From Phoronis australis (lineage: Eukaryota; Animalia; Phoronida): 64,000 bases of DNA. Under the pieces are notes generated by a model. The model had not been told where the DNA came from, did not search any database, and saw nothing but the letters and a program-made list of their open reading frames with translations. Location of the stretch: positions 412,399-476,398 of the forward strand of contig NMRA01000296.1 in assembly GCA_002633005.1 (NCBI GenBank), written 5' to 3'. The translations under genes were made by a program, and so were the position numbers. Below are positions 40,549 to 51,246 of the stretch, one piece after another (the first letter of the stretch is position 1; the number at the start of each line of letters is the position of its first letter).

Positions 40549-42233
40549 AAACTAGAGCAACGCAGAGCTTGGAAATGCGCCCACGAATGCACCGCAAATG
40601 GATTGCTTCTAGGGTTGTTTATTTGTTTCATAAAAAAGCCACTAGATGGCGAAAAGACCTTTCAATCTATCTGAAAATGGGAACATGCCACAGCTTCTGT
40701 AATAGAAGGCTATTTACCATATTTCATAAAAATCTGTCAAGGATCTTCAGAGAAACAAAGGAAAACAGAAAAAATGAAATTGCCAATATGAGGCACAGCG
40801 TTCATTGGATCCGGCTGAAAGACGTGTTGTCTGTTGTTAGTTTCATATAAATACAATTACTTAAATTTAATAAAGATCCTGCTGTGAGTTTAGGAGATGC
40901 AGCTATGGGCACAAAACAAAACAAAACAAAACTACCACTAGGAGGCACCACAGTAGGCGAATTCATTATCGTCAACTGTCCTCTTCACACTGTGAAAATA
41001 TACGCTAATTTTCAAAATCATCCTCAAAATNGGACGCCGGACGGACGCCGCCCGGACGGACGGACGGACGGACGGAGATGACGGCATAATGCGTCCACAT
41101 ATAAATATGTGGGCGCATAAAAATGAAATTGCCAATATGAGGCACAGCGTTCATTGGATCCGGCTGAAAGACGTGTTGTCTGTTGTTAGTTTCATATAAA
41201 TACAATTACTTAAATTTAATAAAGATCCTGCTGTGAGTTTAGGAGATGCAGCTATGGGCACAAAACAAAACAAAACAAAACTACCACTAGGAGGCACCAC
41301 AGTAGGCGAATTCATTATCGTCAACTGTCCTCTTCACACTGTGAAAATATACGCTAATTTTCAAAATCATCCTCAAAATGGTTTGGTTGATCGAGGGGTG
41401 GATGCCACTGTTGCCACAGAACAATAATCGAAAATAGGAAAAGTGGCCACTAGGTAGCGCTAAGTACATTGATTCCATCGGAAAGTGGGAGGATAGCATC
41501 ATCTCACCAATAAATGCCTATATTCCAAAGTTTGATAATCCATTGAGGACCTTTCAAGATAAGGTAAGGCTAAAAATATGAAAATTGCCACTAGGGGGCA
41601 CACTGGAAGTCAGATCCGTCGTAAAGTTGTTGTCATCCGTTGTCAACATCATATACACTTGCCAAATTTAGTAAAGATGCTGCAAACGGTTTAGGAGATA
41701 CAGCCATGGGCACAAAAAGAAACTGCCACTAGGAGGCGCCAAAGTAGTTGAAGTCTTCGGAAAATCATCGTCAGCTTCATAGTAAGAACATACATGCCAA
41801 TTTTCACAATCAACCTTAGAGCTGTATGGCTGATAGAGGGGTGGACGCCAAAAAACAGACTACAAAATCAGTAAAAATGGCTAGTAGGTGGTGCAAACTA
41901 CATCAAATCCATCGAAAAAAACGGGAAGATAGCGTCATCTCACTAATAGATGCCTAAATTCCAAATTTACTGAAAATACATTGAGGACCTTTGAAGATAC
42001 AGAGGTAAACGTAAAAAAAATTAAATTGCCACTAGGAGGCACACCAGTAGTCAGATCCGTCCAAATGTTTGCTCATGCCATCCCATCCATGATAGGAACA
42101 TATATGTGCAAAATTTCATAAATTTACGTCGAAGGTTATGGAGATAGAGCAACGCACGCCGGATGGATGGACGCCGGACAGACGGAGATGACGGCATAAT
42201 GCATCCACGTATAAATATGTGGGCGCATAAAAA
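40549..42233 (+). mobile_element. Helentron-associated interspersed element (HINE; DINE-1/Pearl-CvA-like architecture)
   Basis: 5' aactagag with subterminal atgcgcccac complementary to 3' gtgggcgcat; internal ~140-165 bp tandem repeats; (GGAC)n microsatellite; terminal hairpin atgcatccacgtat-aa-atatgtgggcgcat followed by an A-run. Confidence 0.8.
40770..41379. repeat. 261-bp duplication across the N at 41031 with an extra HINE 3' end in between
   Basis: 40770-41030 appears identical to 41119-41379; 41032-41123 is a second (GGAC)n plus hairpin terminus. Confidence 0.9.
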
Positions 42234-42881
42234 CAATAACGGCCTTCAAAGAGGCCAACCAGCTCTATTTTTGAAAGGTATTTAAAGTGCCACAACTGTT
42301 ATCAAGCCAGATTAAAACATAATGTGGGAAAAAGCTTCAGGAATACATGCGGTATTATTAGGACATGACCCATCTCAAGGCAATTGTTACAGAGCTGATT
42401 GGTTACCAGTAAGGTCACTGTAGGATCTTATTGAGGAACATTTATTCCAAGTCAATTACCTGAAAAACAAGGCTGTGTCACCAAGAATATATTTTTTGAA
42501 AGAAGATCAGGGATCATAACAATATACTTGGACAATTCCATGAAAAGGTCAACCTTCAGAAAAAAAATTAAAATTGTGACTAGATTAATATTTCTGGTAT
42601 CATCTGAAAGCCTAGTTTCTTTAGTTTCAGGACCCATATTTGAATTTCCTACAACTTTCAATTTTATCCTAAACTGAACTATTTTTGGATTTCACTTGGC
42701 CAATTATGGGTACTTCACTATAGTATCAAATTTATGCAACCACATGAAGCCTAAACTTTCTAGAAAATATCATTTGACCCATAGCACACCGTCGATCTCT
42801 TGGACTCCTGGATATCATGGTGCTGTACGTCTGTCACAAAAAGTACTTAAAAGTTTAGTTACGTCAAAAGTTTTCAATCAA

Positions 42882-43037
42882 AATCAAAATAACTGCAGAT
42901 TCTCTTTTAATATGTTTGTTCCTCAATATTATAAATCAAAATAATCGCAGATTCTCTTTTAATTTGTTTGTTTCTCAATATTATAAATCAAAATAATTGT
43001 AGATTCTATTTTAATTTGTTTGTTTCTCAATATTATT
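42882..43037. repeat. 52-bp tandem repeat x3
   Basis: Three near-identical copies of aatcaaaataa..gcagattctcttttaatttgtttgtttctcaatattata. Confidence 0.92.
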
Positions 43038-44036
43038 GACCAAAATTTGAGATCCCAGGGATTATTTGTTAAGTCAAAAATCGCATGACAGATGTAAGGA
43101 AAATTTGAACGTCCATCACACCCATGAAATTACAATTTTTCAGCCAATAAAAATAACCTCAGGTTTTATTTTTACTTTCCAAACATGCAGAAGATGAAAT
43201 TTGTCTCACACCTAAGAGCCTAAAACAATTAAATATTATTAAGTTATAATTTATAGTATCATCTAGTTATACTTAGTAGAATTCAACTTGCTAAAATTAA
43301 ACAATTGGACCACATTACAAAATGTAAATATTTTGTTAATAAAGTGAACTTTTTGATGGTTGTAATTGTAGAAGCTCTGTCTCGCGCTAGTCCTTGCCTA
43401 ACTCGCGTAACGTCAATTGAAATAATTCATGGTTATCACACACAGTGAAAAAGTTAATGACAACCAAAAAAAGTGGAGTTGGAGTTCCTTGCCAAAGTCA
43501 TCTGCAGAAATGCTTCATCGAATACATAGAACCAGAAAGAATCGCTAAAGAATAAGAGCATTTTTGAGTGGCATCAAGTGTGAAATGTATTTTAGATGAA
43601 GTGACAACCTGTTCTTCAGTGACCAGATTTGGACTACTGACCAATTGCCCATTTAAAATTCACGGAATGAAATTAGTACAGAAAGTGATGGGGAGTATTG
43701 TAGCCTCATTATAGCCAGCCGAAGAGCTACATGTTGCTTAGTAGCAGCCCAAGAGCTACATGTTGCCTAGTAGCAGCCTAGGTTTTTCTCTGTCAAATTT
43801 TTCTCCTTTTAGCGACCCGAGTTCCTGTTTGGCAACTTTGGGAATTTTGCCAGATAGGTGAGAGTTGACGTTATGCATGGGAGCTTATTTTGATCTGTTA
43901 ACACAACTGGTATGTACATCATAAAATAAATACCAGTGTACATAACAACATTGATGTACCAAGTATGAAGAGGCTCTCAATCTAGCCACAACGTGATGTG
44001 TCCGATTACCTGCTGCTTGAAGTAAAATTGGGGTCA

Positions 44037-44207
44037 CATGGGCGGCGCACCACAGGCATAGCCTAACAGGGGACTGGGGGCTATATAGTATAGCCCCTGC
44101 CCCCCACTTATTTCAGTGCTAAGCCGACCATGGCAATGGGCGGCGCACACCATAGGGGGCTGGGGGGCTACAGCTCCCCCACTTATTTCAGTGCTGCACC
44201 GCCCATG
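44037..44207. mobile_element. 171-bp mini-element with CATGGGCGG TIRs, internally dimeric, 5-bp flanking direct repeat
   Basis: catgggcggcgca ... tgcaccgcccatg; ggtca at 44032-44036 and 44208-44212; internal block cccccacttatttcagtgct occurs twice. Confidence 0.75.
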
Positions 44208-44258
44208 GGTCAAACAATGAATGAGTAGCGAGGACAACATACATCACCAAATCGCTTC

Positions 44259-44860
44259 ACGTACCTGCCACCGTGTAAAATTCGCACATTACAATCGGCA
44301 AAAAATCACTCAAAAATGCAATAAATGTGAATAAAAATTACATCAAAGTATGAAATAAGACGTTATTTTACTTAACTATTAGTTTTTTCATCGCAAAATC
44401 TGTTTAATAATACTTTGAACAAGTTTTTTGCAGCGACGTGACCGACATTTCAGAGCAAAATGGTCGCCGGTAAAAACAACTGGTATTTGGTTTTCAACTC
44501 AGCAGAAGACTAAATTCTCGAATTTTGACGTGAAACTTCGTGAACTTTTAGAAGAAATCCTTGCGCACGTTATTACGCAAGTATTTTTCACTTTCGTGGA
44601 CTTAAAAGTTGAAAAAGTTGCCAGTTCCAGCGACCTTCAACTTTGACCTGAATTTATTGGTATATTTCCTAATTTGAGCACATAATGAATTGTATTGCGC
44701 ACTAAAGGGTTCATTAATGAACTATTTCAAACACTTGTTGCAAACGGGCCCTTCGTCGATTTCGTATAATCGGGCGTATTTCTGACTCACTTCGTAGTTC
44801 CGGGTACTGCCGCTAGGGGTGCTCCTGCGAATCGCGGCAAATTTTTGTTTCACAAACTGA
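44259..44860 (-). promoter_or_regulatory. Candidate promoter and non-coding first exon of a minus-strand gene
   Basis: CpG-rich segment; minus-strand donors CAG|GTACGT (44265/44264) and GAA|GTGAGT (44791/44790); YY1-like caaaatggtcgcc (~44456); CTCF-like ccgctaggggtgc (~44810); gtagttcc (ZNF143-like half motif). Motif-based inference only. Confidence 0.4.
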
Positions 44861-44922
44861 AGCACTTCAACGGTTTCCTATTAAAAAGTCAATGTAAAAA
44901 AGACCCAAAAAGTAATTTCTGG

Positions 44923-46980
44923 TTGTGAGAACAATGATTCTCACGTTTAAGGTTCTTTTTTCTTATTTTTGCCTCACATTTTTGTAGGTCAGGCAACTAA
45001 GACCTGACTTGTTGCCAGACAGGACCACACCCATACTGGCCAAGACAGTTTAGCCAGCATATCTTAAGATAGAAAATGAAAATATTTTAATTTTAGAGTA
45101 AAAAATATTACAACTGTACATTTCTACTCCAGTGCTGTGTTTTCAACTTGTGTTTACTACCATGAAAAACTATACATGCTATCAATAATTTTTTTCTTAC
45201 CATGAAGTAGTTTAACAAAACAATTATTCAGAGGTTCGCCTAGATTGTTCATATATATCTCAGCCTGGCCTATATCTTTCAGGTAACCTTTGTTGGAAAT
45301 TGCTGTGGACCAAACCAGTTGTTATTTTCTTCATCATTTTTCTCTCATAATTTCACTCCTATTTGTCAGTTTACTATCATATCATCATGTCTCGCATTTC
45401 TTTCTCGCCAGACTCTGCCTCATTAGCTCTAGGTCCAGACCCTTCTTCTTTCCTGCTTCTACTGATTCTACTTGCAGTCCTGGTTGGCAAGAGTGTTCTT
45501 CACAAAGTTAGCTGAACTGGTGATGACCAGTATCATGGCTTTGTAATTTCTCAGTTTAGTATGTAACAAGCTTTAGCAGTTTTTATTAACAAAATTGCAG
45601 CATCTGAAGAGCAATATGCTCTTGATTTTCATATACTGATGTAACCTACCCAGCTATTTCTTATTCTTTTCACGACCTTTAAGTTAATAGTGCTTGTATG
45701 TCATAACAATATTATTTATGAATCATAGCATTCTTTCAGGCTCCATGGATATTGAGTTTGGCTCAATATCCACTACGATGGAGATGAGGCTGTGCGCACC
45801 TTTCGGGTGATGGACGATTTTGGACAAGAGGACCTCGAAGTGCTCCATATTGTGTATAGGTATTCCACTGACTTAACAGCCCCCTTCCTGGAGGATGCCA
45901 AAACTCAGTGAAGTACTCCACTGACTTAGTAAGTGCCAAGTGTTTGGCCCCCCTTCCTTGAGGATGCCATAAGTCTGTAAGACACTCCACTGACTTTTGA
46001 TAGTCAGTGAAAGGGTTTGGCCCCCTTCCTTGAAGAGGCTACAAGTCTGTGTAAGGTACTCCAATGACTGTTTATTTGCAGGTACTCACTGTCAATAAAC
46101 ATTGAAAAGGTTTGACCTTCCTTCCTTGAGGATGCCTTGAGAACTTTATTTATCTGTCCATCATACATACCTCTATGTGTTCATATCAAGACAACTTTGG
46201 AAATAAATATTGCTATTGCTGTTGTCGTTTGTATAGCATCAACTTTCCTGCATGGCTCAAGACAAGGTCTTCATTTTGTTACATTGTAATGGAAAGTACG
46301 GTATAAGTTCTATTTACTACATGAAGCTTGTATTAAATTTTTTGTTTATCATACTTTTCATCAATACATATTTGGAATGATGTTTGTTTATCTTTAATTT
46401 TTAAGGTAAATACATTTTGACAAAGTTAAGTCAGTCGCAAACTGCATGTCAACAAAAAATCACAAAATAATAATAATTTGCCCAACCAATTATCAGATTT
46501 CAACTTCCCTGGTGAAAAATCTTGAAATGATACTAGCTTATTTTTTTTCCTTGTGTAATTGTTATTTTATGCCAATTTGAAATGACAAAATTGTACGTAC
46601 TGGCTTTTCTTTGTCGGCTTTGTTGACTTTAAGGTCAATATCTTCGCACAGGAATGTCCAATCGGAATGTTCTTTTTTGCAAATTATTCATCATAAAATT
46701 TTCTTTGAAATGATGTATAACATGTCTACCTACGTTACGTAGATTTGTAACCAAAATATTTCAAACACGCAAATTTGATTTGATAGAATTTTTACCAAAA
46801 AATTTGACACAAAAACACCATTTTCTCCGGAACTGGAAGTCCGATTTAAAATTTTTTTGCACCGTTCTTTTAGTTTCATAGCGCTTTCTGGTGATGTATA
46901 TTACATGCACATTTTCTAAAATTTTTGAAAAATGCTGTTCTCACTAGAATGAGCCCGATCCACAAAGGTCAAGCAGTGAT
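44923..46980 (-). mobile_element. Possible second Helentron-type non-autonomous element (reverse orientation) with internal cargo
   Basis: tt plus hairpin gtgagaa-caatga-ttctcac (44925-44944) followed by a T-rich tract; matching subterminal tgttctcac at 46936-46944; boundaries tentative. Confidence 0.4.
45859..46138. repeat. Degenerate ~55-75 bp tandem repeat x4
   Basis: Recurrent blocks (c/t)tcca(c/a)tgact and ccttcct(t/g)ga(ggatgcc) with variable linkers. Confidence 0.85.
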
Positions 46981-47616
46981 TGACACGCGCATCACGTAGT
47001 GGCGAGATTGCAACCTCGCCAGACTTCCAGCTCATCTATGAAAATATGATACGTAATGGCGTGCCCAGCGCTCTCTTCACTTATGGTGAACACTGGCGGT
47101 ATGTTCTATCAGTCCAAAACATACTTCCCAGGCCCAGGGCCCGCTGACTCGAAGTCACCAGTCTAATAACTTATGTCACGACACAATATTGACATAACTT
47201 AGTCTTACACGACTTCCGGCGTTCGCACAACGTAAGTAACCCAATTGAGAGGACCCATAAACTTGAAGACAACATGTAGCACATAGGAAGAGTTTATTGC
47301 GAACAATCCGACTCCAACTTACCACCAGAATGATTTCTGTAACCCAGCATTCACATGCACTAGCCGAGTTCTGAAGTTTTGAAGTCTGCAAACACTAGAT
47401 GGCCTGGCGGAAACGGAACCAAGTGTTTTAAAATACTATACTGCTCGATAACACAACCTGGGGCGAAATCGCATTACTGACACCTTGAGGCAGGCCTTGC
47501 TTCAAGTTAAAGGAGAATGCCACCCAAAAGACGACTTAGTTTGTATCAGTTTAGATCGAGTACTTCCACTCGATAACAGCAAGTTCAGCTCTTTTACCTG
47601 ACACCAGACGGCAGAC

Positions 47617-47999
47617 GCATAGGCGGATTTAGGGGGCCCCCCTTGGCTGCCGCAAAAAATAAAACAGTAAGAGCGTAGGGAAATGGTGAGTTTATTAATT
47701 AACCCCGGTAATTAAAATTATACGGATGAAAAAAGGGGGCTCAAACCCAATTTCAAGTGTCAAATTCGGAACACTGCGCATTCGTAACGGAACTATGGCT
47801 AAGTATAGGCTCTCCCGCGATATCCCAGGCGACCGGCAGTGGCGCTGCGCACTACGACTCCGTTTTCGTCGTCTGCTCCACTGTGCAATGAAGAAAATTT
47901 ACTTCATTTTTTAAAGAGAATGGAACCTGAGTGACGATGAAAAAACAGAAGCTGCTGGTAAGATGTGAATTTCAATCGAAGCCTTAGTGAATCACTCAG
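47617..47999. mobile_element. Partial insertion beginning cataggcggatttagggggccc inside the Kolobok left end, truncated by the N
   Basis: Present after ...acggcagac at 47616 but absent from the duplicate copy (48105 continues ctgacgg); terminus resembles the CAT(G/A)GGCG family. Confidence 0.55.
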
Positions 48000-49100
48000 N
48001 GGAGAATGCCACCCAAAAGACGACTTAGTTTGTATCAATTTAGATTGAGTACTTCCACTCGATAACAGCAAGTTCAGCTCTTTTACCTGACACCAGACGG
48101 CAGACCTGACGGAGGTGTTGAAATTAACCAATGACGTCAGAGGTTCGAATGCAGTCTGTTCATCAGTTCATAACACGCTTAATGGTGACAGCTTATCGCT
48201 TGAATTCATCGTTTTACACCATTAAATCACCAAAATTCGGCGTAAAACCCTTACAAATCCAGGAGTTATTGAACAAATGTGTTATTTAATTTCGCTGTTA
48301 CGGGTTTTTAGGTATATGTGAACGTACCGTAGCCTAGTTCGATCGGTATAGTAGGCCAAGTTACCAAAGTCGGTCGCTGGAGTTTGGGGTCTGTTCGGTG
48401 ATAAATTCAAATTATTCGTCCGTGAAATACAGACAGGAGAACATAGCTGTGTGTTGTAATTTTATACTTGCGATGTTTTTCAGTTCTGAACACACAAAAC
48501 GCTTGCTATACGAGCCAGTGGCTCGGAACCGGATCAGGCCCATCGTGGCCGGACTGGAGACATCACAAACATAAACCAGCCAAAGTTGGAAACTAAGCTT
48601 CAAGTCACGAAAAGACTATACTAGGGAGCCAAAGAAAAAACGTGCGCATAATTATTTTGGTGACTTAGTCGCGAAACTGCAAACTTGAGCTCGTCGGGGG
48701 ATCGAGAAGTCAGGTTACCCTTCCACAAAATCGCCAGGGCATAAGTTGTACAGTAACAAAGATTCAAATAATGTATTATATGAATATCTAAATAAAGATT
48801 CCCCTAACATCTGACCATCATAGGATATAAAATCGAGTTATTCAGTGTTTCACAACAGATTTTGTCAGCAAGCACTGAATTAGCATGCGCTCACACGGCT
48901 TCGGTGACCGGTCAAATTAGTTTATTGCATCTAAAGTCGGTAACGCAGTGATTTATTCATTGCTGGATTCTCGATCAAAACATTTGTACTAACGAAAACT
49001 CCAAGGCATTACAAATTGTGTCTAATGAGGCAGACTTTGTTTCAGTTTTATATAAGCATTGGTTAGGGTGAGGATAATTCAATTTGAAACAGAACGCACA

Positions 49101-49548
49101 ATGATAAACGTCAACGTAGCAACTCGCAATCCCGACTTAGACGAGTGCTCATCAGACGAAGACTTCACAGGTCGATCGTTAGGTTTGACATGCTATCAGT
49201 TCGAACCGGAATACACTGATCACAAGAAATAATAGAGAGGCTTCGTGAACGTGCACAGACAACGAAACATATGGATACATGTTTCCGAAAACCGTTTGAA
49301 TGAGTTGTCATGATGTCAGTGAGCTAACTGCACGATAACAGAAACGACTCACCTTTTGCGTTTGCTGCCATGAATTTCCACAGGTAAAACTCCCTTTTGG
49401 AGAAGCGCAGATATGTCCCACGGACCATCCTGATTTTGCACCGCATCTAAACAGAGGTGTGCTTACGACGTTTTTTTAGAGGGCTGAGAAAAAGAACTGG
49501 CGAAAACATCCTACACCCTGAGGACCAAACAGAAGCCTCACGAACGAG
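49101..49548 (+). pseudogene. KolX pseudogene (Kolobok accessory protein, homologous to the P2X7 cytoplasmic Cys-rich/ballast domain)
   Basis: Manual translation across frameshifts: MINV...DECSSDEDF...CYQFEPEYTD / RLNELS*CQ*ANC (=W-C-x-C-x-x-C) / CVCCHEFPQV...CPTDHPDFAPHLNRGVL / KNWRKHP; motif order matches KolX. Confidence 0.75.
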
Positions 49549-49673
49549 TCAGTCATCAAACAGGTTATATAAAACGTTATGTTCTCACCAACGCCTTGAA
49601 TTAATTGTAACTGTTTATGTTTTCATGGCCAACTACAATTCTCCATAAAAAACTGAGCAACAACCGATCCGAC

Positions 49674-49861
49674 GAAATGCTGACAGACACGGCGAAGTTT
49701 CACGACCTCATACTTGGTGTTATCGACAGCGTAATTTTCACTCTTCACTACCGCGAGCCACTTCCGAAGCATTATGTGCTCTCGAGGAAATCGAAAAATG
49801 AAATACCCGCTTACCTCGCAGCTTCGTAGTTCGCACAAGCAGGAACGATACACCACCCCAT
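49674..49861 (-). pseudogene. THAP domain of the Kolobok transposase, frameshifted
   Basis: MGWCIVPACAN from ATG 49861, then a frame change to FRFPREHIMLRKWLAVVK...RRVCQHF (in ORF 49623-49913); C-x3-x-C, FP, W and C-x-HF THAP hallmarks. Confidence 0.8.
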
Positions 49862-51190
49862 AGCGGTACTCACTCGGCAGAGGAACCACTGACGTCGCTG
49901 CGTCGTTTCTCACCTTCCTTACAGGTTAACGCGACACCTCTCGGCGAGGTAAGATCGACCGTATACGAGGTGATGTGGACTTAGTCCGATTAAGACGGTA
50001 AAAAAGACTAATTAAATCGGGTGGCATTCTCCTTTACCTTCATTTAAACGGAAACAACGAATTCTAACTCCCAATGCCAAACTCAGATCCAAAGTGGGTT
50101 CTAAGGAGAAACGGACCCTTCGGTCACGCTTAACGTAAAATGTGGTGAATATGGCAGACGAACAAAAACCCGCGTCCGCCTCCAAAGAAACAAAAAAGTA
50201 GAAAACGAGACAAAAATACACTGAAAAGGTAGGAACAACCGGAATTCGGCGAAAGCACACTTCATAGCTCTAAACGTACTCCGTGAATCTTAGTAGGCCA
50301 CATTCTCAAAAATTGGAGTCCTTCTCCCCAATTTTAGGCTGGATGGTTATGAAAACATCATAGCTAACTATGCATACTCTACATTTCCAAAGTCGGGTTC
50401 AGTGAAATTGGCAGTTCGCAGCCGGGTGAAGTTAGCATGGGCTGCCAACTTTACGCCCTCGCGGGAGTAAACTTTGCATGGGTTGCTTCCCCGTAGACAA
50501 TTTGGATTTAAGCCAGATGGTGAAGGCCTTTCTAGACGAAAGTGGTCACAAAGTGAAACGGTTCAAACATATGATTTACCTGTGAATGGGTTCACATTTG
50601 CGAGAAAAGACATAAGCAAACCTGCGCAAGCCGCGAGAACATTTCAAAACATAAATTTAATCGTGCCAGAGTAAAAGATAGTTGCGAAACTGTTTAAAAG
50701 TTTATTGGAAACCTCGAGAAAAGATTGAATGGTGAACTGTAGATCAAGATGCCTATGACTTTGGCTTTGTCCAGTCAGTATTTCCTAGCGTTTATGCAAA
50801 AGGATAAAAACAGTAGGACCCCCTTTTATATTTCTCGTAGTTTTGCAAGTTAAACAGATGTGGAATCATTTTAGCTTAAATCATATTGTTTTATTGATGA
50901 ATAACGTATCTAGTCAGATTTATTACGTTTTATTATTTTAGAAGTGTTTTTCTTTATCACTGAACCATAAGTCGCCGATAACGAATTGTAGGTTCAATAT
51001 AGATCTTAGGTTCTGCATATTGAACTGTTTCAAAAGTTTTTTGCTCAGCTACTGAAATGTTTGGTTCGAATATTCGCGGCAGTCACGGGAAATGATTTCA
51101 TGTACTTAATAACTGTGCCATCCACTTGACACCAGTTTTTGAGACAACTACTACAACATTTAATTTTACAGCGTACAAAAAAGATTTAAG

Positions 51191-51246
51191 ATTACAGTGC
51201 CGAACTTCCCCGCTTTGGACATTACAGTGCCAAATTTCCCCGCTTT
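51191..51246. repeat. 30-bp tandem duplication
   Basis: attacagtgccgaacttccccgcttt / attacagtgccaaatttccccgcttt. Confidence 0.8.

Larger units (their letters stand above)
47511..50033. mobile_element. Internally deleted Kolobok transposon carrying KolX and THAP-transposase relics
   Basis: Perfect 15-bp TIR aggagaatgccaccc (47511) / gggtggcattctcct (50019-50033); left flank TTAA, right flank TTAC; left end repeated at 48001 after an N. Confidence 0.85.

Noticed and set aside
45521-45608. TGATGA...CTGA, possible C/D box snoRNA
   Set aside because: No terminal stem and no recognisable rRNA-complementary guide; both boxes are common by chance.
45859-46138. Repeat/variable-linker pattern superficially like a CRISPR array
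   Set aside because: Repeats are degenerate, linkers are related to each other and uneven in length, there are no cas genes, and the context is eukaryotic.
50151-50330. ATG-initiated MADEQKPASASKETKK* beside the Kolobok end
   Set aside because: Stops after 16 codons; it may be another transposon relic but no diagnostic motif or ends were found.
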